Below, one piece after another: positions 1 to 10,065 of a stretch of DNA of 64,000 nucleotides (position 1 is the first letter of the stretch; the number at the start of each line of letters is the position of its first letter). Source of the DNA: Eledone cirrhosa (lineage: Eukaryota). Position numbers and translations under genes: made by a program. Under the pieces are notes generated by a model. It worked only from the letters and a program-made list of their open reading frames with translations. It was not told where the DNA came from and ran no database searches. Location of the stretch: positions 357,740,001 through 357,804,000 of the forward strand of contig OZ024742.1 in NCBI GenBank assembly GCA_964016885.1, read 5' to 3'.

Positions 1-172
1 CACAACAAAAATCTTACTCGCATCTCATAACAACAATACAGTACAATTATTTCACCTCAATTAGCTCCGCTCTCTTTAACATTACACCAAAACACATCAA
101 AACAGAAACAGACACCATAAAATTCAAAAAAGTCTTTCAACAAATTCCTCCAAGAAATCCCAGATAAACCGC
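1..172 (+). mobile_element. Decayed 3' end of a CR1/L2-type LINE ORF2
   Basis: Translates, with one frameshift, as ALFNITPKHIKTETDTIKFKK/SFNKFLQEIPDKP. This matches the typical C-terminal LFNxLP...FKxxLDxFLxxIPDxP pattern of CR1-group ORF2. Confidence 0.55.
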
Positions 173-987
173 ACACACATGTATATATATATATATATAT
201 GTATCATCTGAGGGTATGAGTATGTCTTTTAGGGAGGAAGTATGATACACTCTGTCTAGCTCTACACCTCGACACTAAAGTGAACCTAAACATCGAGTGC
301 TCACCTGGGTGAGCCTACAGTAACTCCAAGTTACACTCCCTGGATATATATATATATGGTATTTATAGTCTGTAATGGGAGAAGTTAATGTATTTGCTAA
401 CAGTTTTTATTAACTCCTATACATGTTTTTAATATTATAAAACATTTTAAATATTTAATTTCCTATGAGATTGTAAAACTAAATCTATATTTTCTGTTTT
501 TCCTATTTTCTCTTATCTGCTATAAATGGTCAAGATATTGGTTAGATGTAATTTCTAATGCTCTCGATTTGTTTTGAATAAATTTTGCTTCAGTAAGCTT
601 CTTTGCTTAGTTTACCTTGTTTATCTTGAAATTATTCCAGCATGGAAAGTATATGCTAATTTTTTTCATTTACATTGCCAATCTCAGTATGGCTGCCAAA
701 TTATCTTGTGGGAACCTAACCAAACATAAATATTTGCTGCTCAGAAAACAGATTAAAAACTTGAAGATAGCTTTGAAATGAAATTCAAACAATTAAATGA
801 AGGTAATTTCAGTTTGACTAATAGTAACAAAATAATAACAACAGTCATAAAATAGTCTGTAGGTCAGTGACCCACACATCTCACATGAGGACAGTTTGAA
901 TATTTAAGGGGGAGCAATATAAAAATGATGTTGGTGAGAACTCCAGTTTTTACTACTTTTGTTGTTACTTTCAGTTTTTCTGTCCTA

Positions 988-1055
988 CATCATCATCATC
1001 ATCATCATCGTTTAACGTCTATCTTCTACGCTAGTATGGGTTTAGACGGGAATTG
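988..1055 (-). mobile_element. Very short 3'-end fragment of an RTE-clade LINE with (GAT)n tail
   Basis: The minus strand reads ...acccatactagcgtagaagatagacgttaaac(gat)n. This resembles the 3' end of the RTE copy at 17815-17867 (acccttgcaagcagggaaaagcagatgtaaaag(gat)n). Confidence 0.6.
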
Positions 1056-1177
1056 TCCCACTTGAGGCAAGATTGGTTGTCTTGCTCGAAATTAATAGGA
1101 GTGGACCCAAAACAGAGTAATTTGGGATGTCACAACTGACTTTGGCTGAGCTTTATTATATTTTTTTGACCACAACA

Positions 1178-1375
1178 TAATAATAATAATAATTGTTTCT
1201 ACTTTTGGCACAAGGCCAGCAAATACCCAGTGCATTACTGATACTTTATTTTATCGACCCCGTAAGGATGAAAGGCAAAGTCAACCTCGGTGGGATTTGA
1301 ACTCAGATCGTAAAGGGACGTAATTATGCTGGAAAGCATGGCGTCCGACCCTCTACCGATACTGCCAATCCACCG
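1178..1375 (-). mobile_element. tRNA-derived SINE, full length
   Basis: Minus-strand Pol III A box TGGCAGTATCGG, B box GAGTTCAAATCC and (ATT)n tail. Homologous copies lie at 15560, 16966, 21619 and 24259. Confidence 0.85.
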
Positions 1376-1387
1376 TGATAATATTGA

Positions 1388-1425
1388 TAATGAAAATGAT
1401 CGTGTACGGTGCTCAGGTGCACTAC
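1388..1425 (-). mobile_element. ~40-bp extreme 3' end of the CR1 family
   Basis: gtgtacggtgctcaggtgcactac matches the 3' terminus of the CR1 copies at 2015-2038 and 23738-23762. Confidence 0.6.
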
Positions 1426-1480
1426 TTTTACACCAAGGCAACTTTAGTACACATTACCATTAAAAACTCCTATCTCACAT

Positions 1481-1855
1481 CAGTGATTCTCAATGCAGGA
1501 TGCATAACCCACGGGGGGACAGTTTGAATATCTAAGGGGGCAATTTGAAAATGATGTTAATGAGGATAAATTATATTATTATATTTACACCACAGTAACT
1601 ATGGTACACATTACAGTCAGAAACTCCTGTCTCACCTCCACATGTTATTGTGCATCTGGCACCACCTATATGGTACACATTACTATCAGAAACTCCTATC
1701 TCACCTCCACCACACATGCTATGGTACATCACAAATACACCAATATATTTATACTTTTCAGTTGATCATCACTGTTTTCATATCAAAAGGGTGCAAAACA
1801 ATTTTTGAGATGTTGAGCTGGGGCATGATCTAGAAAATGTTGGGAATCATGGCTG
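1481..1855. mobile_element. hAT/Charlie-like MITE (decayed)
   Basis: Termini CAGTGATTCTCAA and TTGGGAATCAT(GG)CTG resemble the CAGTGGTTCTCAA-type TIR. It contains a ~45-bp imperfect repeat (tggtacacattac..cagaaactcct.tctcacctccac). A related fragment lies at ~890-940. Confidence 0.55.
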
Positions 1856-1856
1856 T

Positions 1857-1965
1857 CAGGGCCAGATTTATCATGGAGGGTGGAGTAGGGTGAATCTTCT
1901 GGGTCCCCTCAACAAATAGACCTCAACTCTTTGAACGGCACCCCTTCCTTTTCTCTCTCTTCCTG
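1857..1965 (+). mobile_element. Left end of a CAGGGCCGGATTTA-type hAT MITE
   Basis: Begins CAGGGCCAGATTTA, the same TIR type as the elements at 19436 and 19827. Confidence 0.5.
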
Positions 1966-2100
1966 ATTATGTGTGTATATATATAATAATAATGATAATA
2001 ATAATGAAATTATTGTGTAAAGTGCTCAGGTGCACTACAACTCGTCAATATAGTACATAGAATAATACACAAATGTCAGGGAAGTACATGTGTGTATGTG

Positions 2101-4870
2101 TTAGCTGTTCTGTTGGCGGATCTCGGGAAGCATGGAGGCCTTAAAGGATGCAGTGTCTCGACAGCTAACAACTGATACAGGTAGTTTGTTCCATGCTTCA
2201 GCAACTCTGAGCGTGAAAAAATGTTTCCGAAAGTCATGGGAACTGTGCTGTTTTCTTACTTTGTGGGCATGTCCACGTGTGTTAGACACATGGAAATCGA
2301 AAAGGTACTCAGAGTTGTTGTTGGCAACATGGTTAACAATTTTGTGGGTGTTTACCAAGTCAGTTGCCAGGCGTCGGAGCTTCAATGAATCCATGCCCAG
2401 GGAAGCAAGGCGCTCAGAGTATGGTAGATGCTTGATGGAGGGTATTCGCTTGGTTGCACGTCTCTGAACAGTTTCCAGGCGGTCAATGTCCTGAGCAAGA
2501 TAGGGGTTCCAGACTGGTGATGCAAATTCTAAGTGTGGTCGCACCATAGTTGTATACAGACTTAAATAGATATCTGGAGAGCGGCTGACAAAGGTTTTGC
2601 TGAGTGATGCTAAGACACCCTCGGCCCTCTTGACAATTTTAGAGACGTGCCTCGTCCAACGCAAATCGCTGCTGACCGTAATGCCCAGGTCACGTTCACA
2701 GGAAGACTTCTTGATATTAGTGCTGTGGAGGGAGTATGTGGACGCTGGGTTTTTACTCCCAAAATGCATGGTGGTGCACTTGTCCACAGCTAGCTTGAGT
2801 TGCCAGTCTGAGATCCACTGTTGCATTGTGTCCAGGTCAGACTGCAAGCAAGATCTATAGTGTTCAGGATCTGTCCTTTTTATCTCAAGGTACAGCTTGA
2901 TGTCGTCTGCGTACTTTAGTACTGTGGCATTCCTTAAGTTGGCATCTATGTGCCACAAACAAAAGGGGGCCAAGAACAGATCCCTGTGGTACACCAGATG
3001 ACATCTCATATGGTGTGGAATGCTGTCCCAGAACCGTGACTACCTCTCTTCGACTGAGAATGAAGGACTTCAACCAGTTAAAAAGATCATCCTTCACATC
3101 CATTGCAGAGAGTTTTGACATAAGCCTTTTGTGTGGCACAGAATTGAAGGCCTTCGCAAAGTCAAGGTAAACAACATCCACCCATGAGCCGCCATCAGTG
3201 ATCCGGGTGATGTCCTCAAGAAACTCTATAAGTTGATCACAGCAGCTGGAGTTGGGGATAAATCCAAATTGCGAGGGCCGGATAAGACTGTGAGAGCTCC
3301 AGAAGTTCCAAAGTGTTTCTCTGACACAGGATTCCATCAGTTTGGCGATGCAACTAGTAAGACTGACTGGACGATAGTTCACAGGTGATGTGCGGTCACC
3401 CTTTTTGAACAGAGGAATGACACTGGCAGTTTTCCACTGTTCTGGAGTAGCACTGTGGTTCAGACAGAATTGGAAGAAGCGTGATAACTGGTGTAGAAGG
3501 AAGTACCACCACGTTTAAGAAGCAGGTACGTAACACCATCAAGACCAGGAGAGGCATGGTTGCGTTTATTTTTTAGGTGACGTCGCAGCATTGCAGGTGT
3601 AAATTCCATGGTTGTAATAGAGTCCGGTGTCATAGGTGGTGGAGATGGTACACTCTGGTCTTCAATAGTGAAAATGCCTGCATAGCATTCAGCAATGAGC
3701 TCTGCGCATTCCTTGGGGTCGTCAGTAACCTGGCTTGTGTGGGGATTGCGAAGAGGACCAACTGGAGAGTGAGGCCTCTGCTTTGAGTGAACATACTTCC
3801 AGAACACCTTACTGTCAGGGCTGGTTGCTATGCGCTGCTCAAATTGAAGCACTGCCTTTTTTGTCACCTGTTTGATGTGGTTGGACGATCTATTTCGCCT
3901 CTTCCTATTAATGTCTGATTTGTGAAGTTTGTACTCACGTTCAGCATTGCGCCGTCCTTTTCTGGCAAGACGGACTGCTGCAGTCTCCCAAATTCCGCTT
4001 TTGGGATGTTTTTTTCCGCTTACGTGGCACCGATGCTGCACATACTGTCCATATTGAGCTCAGGATGTTCTGGAGTACAGTGTTGACATCTCCAGAGTCG
4101 TAGAACTCAAGCCAGTTTGGCCATTGCAACTCGGTGCAGTAACAGTTCCAGTCTGCTTTATTCCAGTCAAAGTGAGCAGTTTGGAGATGGTTGTGGTTCT
4201 TGTTACTGCCCATGAGGGATAGATTGGCAATGATCATAGCATGATCAGAGTCACCTAAAGGTTCCTCAGCAGTAACACTAATGACCCTTTCAGGAGTAGT
4301 GGTGAAGAGTAGGTCCAAAGTGTTGTCACCTCTCGTTTGGGAGGTGACCACCTGGGACCAACTCGAGTCCAGCACCAGCTCAAGGAAGTCATTTGCACTT
4401 GGCGGCCAACGAAAGGTCTCCCAGTCAATCTCAGGGTGATTGAAGTCACCTGCAATGAAAACATAAGTGGCTGTCTTCCTGGCAGCAGCTCTGAGGATAT
4501 CACAATGTTGAGTGTCCTGGTGGTAATTTGGGGGACGGTAAACGACTCCAAGTAGCAGTGTTGACATGGTCATACGTATATCGCAGAAAAAAACTTCCTG
4601 CTGTGATTGGTTCAAATCAGCACAAGGAATTGCCGACAGATTTGACCGAACGTAGACCATTACACCACCACCACGACGATTAATACGGTCTTTACGAAAC
4701 AGGTTGTAGCCAGTCATGCTGAAAACCCCATCACAGAGTAAGGGATGTGCCCAAGTTTCCGTGACTGTAATGAAGTCCGGGTTGATACTTTTGACGTAGG
4801 AGTCAAAAAGATGAATCTTATTGCATAGACTACGTGCATTCAAGGACAACAATGTGTACCTTGATTCAAG
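2101..4870 (-). pseudogene. CR1 ORF2 (APE endonuclease + reverse transcriptase) with about 3 frameshifts
   Basis: EN motifs: SLNARSL, VTETW, GGGVMVYV, YRPP, GDFN, LDLLF, SDH. RT motifs: SPGLDG, NYRPVSLTS, QFGF, YLDFAKAF, GVPQGSVLGPLLF, YADD, RDLG, RPHLEFASPVW. These are split over ORFs 3941-5032, 3460-4041, 2885-3382 and 2101-3009. Confidence 0.93.
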
Positions 4871-4907
4871 TATATGGTTATGTGCAGGGGATGGCAGGTG
4901 TTCTGAT

Positions 4908-5390
4908 TTAGTTTCCCAGAGTTTTTTCAGTTTCTTTATTGTCAGTTGTTGTGGGTACAGTGTTTTCAGACCAGCTGGTGTCTCTTTTCCATGATTCGCC
5001 AGCCTTAACAAACTTCCATATTTGCCCATCATGTTCTGCCGAGCTGCGGTTTAGGGAAGCTGCAGCACGCAACTTTGGGCGGACATCAGGTGGAAGACCA
5101 GGACGTGTTCGGAAAGCAATCCGACTTTCACGCCTAGCTTTATCAGAGGCTACAAGGTATGAACGTGCCTCAGTTGAATTTGAAAACGACAGTCTAATTA
5201 ACCTGGGTTTCGGGCCTGGTCGGCCAAGGCGTAGAGCACCCTTTGCGGGAGCACAGCCCAGGTCTTTGGATGAACTGGCAGCAAATGCCTGAAGATCAAC
5301 TATGTCTTCCGGCACACCAATGGCAATCACTTCGTGGTTTGCAGATTCAGTGGCATTCTCAATGCGTCTAGGTTCAACATGAGGTACGCG
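4908..5390 (-). pseudogene. CR1 ORF1 C-terminal portion
   Basis: VIAIGVPE...RLGRPGPKPRLIRLSF is typical of CR1/Jockey-group ORF1 and lies immediately upstream of the endonuclease. Confidence 0.65.
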
Positions 5391-5395
5391 GAGAT

Positions 5396-5444
5396 TTTTT
5401 TTTTTATCTATATCTATCTATGTATCTATCTATCTATCTATCTC
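5396..5444. repeat. poly(T) + (TATC)n microsatellite
   Basis: Read directly. It forms the 5' flank of the Tx1-like element. Confidence 0.9.
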
Positions 5445-5641
5445 GGATTCTGTCTAACATGTGGTAACGCGCTGGTGAGTAAATGTTTTAATTTCATTGG
5501 AAATTGCATGAACTGAATCTACATTCTTACGCCATTTTGTAGATAAGCTGCCACACTTCACTGTGTAGGTGGTAGCAACCCCAAATAATAAGCCCATCAG
5601 GGCGAAAAACGGAGAAATTCCACAACATTTCTACCGGAATT

Positions 5642-6361
5642 TTGAATATAGCCAAAGTGGCCAAATTCTTTGACCTCATCTTCACAAAAAACACATCAGA
5701 GAATTGTGGAGATGGGCTGTTAATCTCACCTTCCACAGTACTAGTATCAGGTGAAGGCTGCCTGCTGCTATCACCACCAACAACAACAGCAACAAAAACA
5801 ACAACAACATCAAATCTGTCAGCCAACAATTATTCAGAGGTGGTGGAGGGACGGTAAAACTGTCAAGCCAAGAAGCAGCTGGCACCGCCTGATTGAAACA
5901 CTTCGATATGATTAAAACACACCCTGAGAACAACACCAGCACCACCAAAACGAAAACTGTGAATGGCAAAAACCAAAACGACGCCATCAACAACAACAGT
6001 AACAAGGAGAACAAGAACAACAACGACAACGGAAAAAATGAAAACACCATCAACAATAAGAACAATAATAACAACAAGACCAATAACTGCAACAAGGAAG
6101 TAAACGACAAAATATCATTTGCGCAAACCGTAAAGAAAACAGTAAGCTCCAGTCCGGTAGATATTTCAAATGCAAATGAGCTTTTGAATAACGCCAGACA
6201 ATATGTAACTTTTGGGGAGAACGGATCCTTCTCCATAAACTCTCCCCCAGATTTGCGAAGAGAAGCTACCTTGAAGACTGTGATTTTCAGGACAATCTCA
6301 AACAAAACACGAAAACCGACTCAACTTTCACAAGGCGAAATTGAGTTGGCTTTAAAAAATG
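5642..6361 (+). pseudogene. Tx1-like ORF1, N-terminal part
   Basis: Asn/Thr-rich low-complexity sequence, then SFAQTV and LKTVIFRTISNKTRKPTQLSQGEIELALKN. It continues in frame at 9233 when the insertion is removed. Confidence 0.65.
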
Positions 6362-6507
6362 TGTAGTGACTGAGATGGTCGCTTAGCAACTAGCAGTTGC
6401 CTCCCCTTAACAACTTTTCAGAGAGCGGAGGCAAGATACATCCGGTCACAGACGCGGACATAAACAGACGTGAAAGTATTCGCTCCTCAAAAAAATATTG
6501 ACCTTGC
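6362..6507 (+). repeat. 5' LTR (truncated)
   Basis: Matches 8789-8935 with about 5 substitutions and 1 indel by eye, then runs straight into pol sequence. Confidence 0.9.
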
Positions 6508-8341
6508 TGTTCTCGTTGACAGAAATTTTTAAAAATTGCCGGCGTAAGAATATGGACATTTCCTCAAATAAAACGCAGCTTGAGGATTTTAAAAAAGTGA
6601 AAAAGGCGTTAGCCACCGCGTCTTTGCTCGCCCACCCGGTACCCAACGCCGAGCTATCGCTCTGTGTTGATGCGTCGGATACCGCCGTGGGCGCAGTCTT
6701 ACAGCAGAAGTGTGAGGGGTTACAGCAACCACTCGAGTTCTTTTCGAGAAAGTTAAAGCCTGCCGAAACTCGCTATAGCACCTTTAGAAGGGAGCTATTA
6801 GCAATTTATTTATCAGTGAAACATTTTGCTCATGTACTTGAAGGTAGAACGTTCACTATTTTCACTGATCATAAATCTTTGACGTTTGCTCTTCCAACTA
6901 AAGCAGACAAATACTCGCCCAGAGAAACGAGACATCTGGACTTCATCTCACAGTTCACGAACGACATTCAACATATTCCGGGTTCTTTGAATACAGCGGC
7001 CGATGCGCTGTCTCGCCTGCCGATCGCATCGATTTCGTCTTCCGAGGAGATAGATTTACATCGAATGGTAGCTGCTCAACCCACTCTCGAATCATTGGAT
7101 GTTACATCGCCAGAGTGTGTACATGGCAAACTGAAATACATTCCGATGTCAACTGCTGACGGACAAATACTGTGTGATGTTTCGTTGGACTCACCACGAC
7201 CTCTAGTCCCAGTGGAACATCGACGAACTGTGTTTCTCGCTTTACATGGCATTTCTCACCCAGGAGTATCAGCCTCAGTAAAACTCATAACAGCAGATTT
7301 TTCTGGCCTGATATGAGACGTGACATTGCTGCTTGGTGCCGTTCCTGTGTCGCTTGCCAAAAGTCAAAAGTTCATAAGCACGTTAAAACTTCTCTCGGAA
7401 CTTTCACCTGTCCTGATGCCAGATTTCGTCACATTCATGTGGACATCGTCGGCCCGTGGCCGATTAGTCGTGGTTATTCGTATATTTTGACGATCGTTGA
7501 CCGTTTTTCACGTTGGCCTGAAGCCATCCCTATGACAGATATCACTGCTGAAACGACAGCGCGTACTCTCGTATCTGCATGGATCGCTCGTTTTGGAGTA
7601 CCAACCACAATAACAACAGACCGCGGTCGTCAATTTGAATCGAACCTCTTCCGTGAATTAACACAAATTATTGGCGCTACTCGCATAAGAACCACGGCAT
7701 ATCATCCAGCATCAAACGGAATGGTGGAAATATTTCATAGACAGCTTAAAGCCTCTTTAAGGGCTTCAATGGACTCTTCACGTTGGAGTGAGTACCTACC
7801 TATTGTGTTGTTAGGTATTCGGTCGATAATAAAGGTGGACCTTGGGTTCTCCCCGGCCGAATTGATTTATGGTACTACTCTTGCGTTTCCGGGGCAAATG
7901 CTTGCTCCTGTTGATCTTGCTTCGCAGGATCCCGCTTCCTACGTGTCCCGGCTTCATTCTTACTTCCACGATTTACCACCGATGGACACTAGGAAGCAAA
8001 CTGTAAAAACTGCCGTCCCAATGGATATTGCCTTGTGGACACATGTGTTCGTTAGAGACGACGCCGTGAGACCCCCTCTTCAACGGCCGTACTCTGGACC
8101 CTATCGTGTGCTTGCTCGCACAGACAAACATTTCACACTGGACATTCGGGGTTCCAGGGAAACGGTTTCCGTTGATCGTCTCAAACGAGCAAACCTGGAC
8201 AATGACACAATGACACTTGAAACTCAAATGCCCCCTTCTTTTTCTTCGCCACATACGCCTATTTCTTCTTCTCCCCCCCCCCCCCCCATCAACATACAGA
8301 ACTACGACCCGTTCTGGGCGAAGGGTGCATTTGCCCCGTAA
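6508..8341 (+). pseudogene. Gypsy pol remnant: RT/RH linker, RNase H and integrase (one frameshift near 7295)
   Basis: RNase H motifs: DAS..AVGAVLQQ, YSTF.RELLA, TDHK, ADALSR. Integrase motifs: H..SHPG...[27 protein letters not shown] and the GPY/F motif PYSGPY. Confidence 0.93.
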
Positions 8342-8788
8342 GCTATGCAGTAATATAAACTGAATTGTATTCTTTTCTTCTTCCAATTGCTTTTGCTGTA
8401 TATTTCATTGTGCTGCTTTTTGATTCCTGACTGCCTACAGCAGTGTCAATATGTGTTATTTTTCGTAACATTACGACTGTTGTCAATTCTGACACAGTCC
8501 ATTTTTTTAGTGCATTTTTATAGCTATGCTACATATGGCATTTTCATTGCCTAGCAAAATTTTTTTTTGTTTGTCGCATTTGGGGCCCCTTTAGTGCGAA
8601 GAGTGTTATCTTTTCATACATTTTGCATCTTTTGCTGTACATTTTTTCTGTGTTAATGCTTGCAGACATGAACCTATTTCTTTTTTTCATAATTTGTTGA
8701 TACATGCTTCCACATTTTGTAAACTAGCTTGTGGGTCCTTCGCTTCATCGTTAACGATTTTTCGACAAAAAATCTGCTCCGAGGTGAA

Positions 8789-9179
8789 TGTAGTGACTGA
8801 GATGGTCGCTTAGCAGCTAGCAGTTGCCTCCCCTTAACAACTCTTCAGAGAGCGGAGGCAAGATACATCCGGTCACAGACGCGGACATAAACAGACGTGA
8901 AAGGATTTGCTCCTAAAAAAAAATATTGACCATGCTGGCTTCGTGAGGGACTATGTGTAAATGCCCTCCTTCGGATCAAGGACGCCACGATATCTCGACT
9001 AATATGCATTCGCTTATTCTTTCGTTATTCCTGCACCGGAGAATATAATTACACTACTTCTATTAACCCACAAGGTATGTTTGAATTGATATTGTACATA
9101 ATTTATTAAATGTCGCATTTAATAAAGGTTCGTTGATTTTTGACTGTTCACCCCCCTTCTGGAGTCATTTATTTCTACA
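8789..9179 (+). repeat. 3' LTR (~391 bp)
   Basis: TGTAG...CTACA inverted termini and a polyA signal at 9121. A shorter alternative end, CACTACT at 9058, is less canonical. Confidence 0.75.
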
Positions 9180-9232
9180 AAGAGAAACGATGTATTGGCC
9201 ATTCATCCACAATCATTCGTTTCTTTTAAATG

Positions 9233-10065
9233 CCTTAAAAGACGTTGCTTTTATTCAGAAGGGTAGACTCAACGGGAGTTTATCCATTCTAATGAAAGAC
9301 CAATTGACGGCACATAAATATTCTGTGTCGCCAATTGTGTCACCGCTGTTCACCCTTTTCCCCACTTACATGGGGAAAAGGAGACATAAAATAAAAATCC
9401 AAAGTATCACACCAAATATTGACATTTGATGGGTACTGTGTGGATTTTTAAACCACGAAACAGACTATATAATATCGGTAGGTAAGTCCTCCGGCGATCT
9501 GTTCAGCGGAACTAGCCTGGAAGTTCTGGTCCAAATGACACCAGAACGAATAGCTAGGATCCCAGAACGTGTATTGCTGGAAGGGCTTATATACATAAAC
9601 ATTTCGGTCGAGGGTAGGCGGCCCTAATGTTACCACTGCTCAAGCAGGGGTCACCTGAGAACTTCCTGTCCTCTGCTAACTAGCCAAAAAAAGGCACTAC
9701 TGCCAACACCTGCAACACCAGCACAACAATCACCACCACCACCACAACAACAACAACAACATAAAAAAATAGTGACAACAAAACAAACGACAAACACAGT
9801 CCCACCTAAAACAACTCCAGAACCACCCACACACATAACAGCTCCTCAAAACGTACCCCTCCCCAACAACACGGATGAAGCCTCATCATCGTCACCCAGT
9901 GACGATGAGGGAGAGCCTTTCCGACCATTAAAAGGAAAAAAGAAAAGACATAACACAAACAAAAATGCAACAAACACACAAACACCAACACAAGCGACGC
10001 AAACAGCACAAACAAAAACACCCCCCCTGAAATCAAAACACCTACTACAAAACGTAAAGACACCG
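9233..10065 (+). pseudogene. Tx1-like ORF1, C-terminal part with Gag-type zinc knuckle
   Basis: Reads LKDVAFIQKGR...FPTYMGKRR, then VEGRRP*CYHCSSRGHLRTSC (CX2CX4HX4C at 9628-9669). In-frame stops are present. Confidence 0.8.

Larger units (their letters stand above)
1984..5395 (-). mobile_element. CR1-clade non-LTR retrotransposon, 5'-truncated (ORF1 remnant, frameshifted ORF2, 3' UTR, (ATT)n tail)
   Basis: ORF1 C-terminus, APE endonuclease and RT occur in order on the minus strand. The stop is at 2101, followed by a 3' stem-loop and an (ATT)n tail at 1984-2036. Confidence 0.93.
6362..9179 (+). mobile_element. Gypsy/Ty3 LTR retrotransposon with a large internal deletion
   Basis: Two direct LTR copies start TGTAGTGAC (6362, 8789). 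The domain order is RNase H then integrase. The 3' LTR has AATAAA (9121) and ends CTACA (9179). Confidence 0.92.

Noticed and set aside
1290-1375. tRNA genes at the A/B-box sites
   Set aside because: The boxes are the heads of SINE copies with body, tail and TSDs, and no complete cloverleaf is evident.
2132-5292. Plus-strand ORFs overlapping CR1 (and antisense ORFs over Tx1/Gypsy)
   Set aside because: These are antisense shadows of retroelement coding sequence with no independent motifs.
9051-9058. CACTACT as the 3' LTR end
   Set aside because: It does not end in CA, and AATAAA plus a canonical CTACA end lie further downstream at 9121 and 9179.
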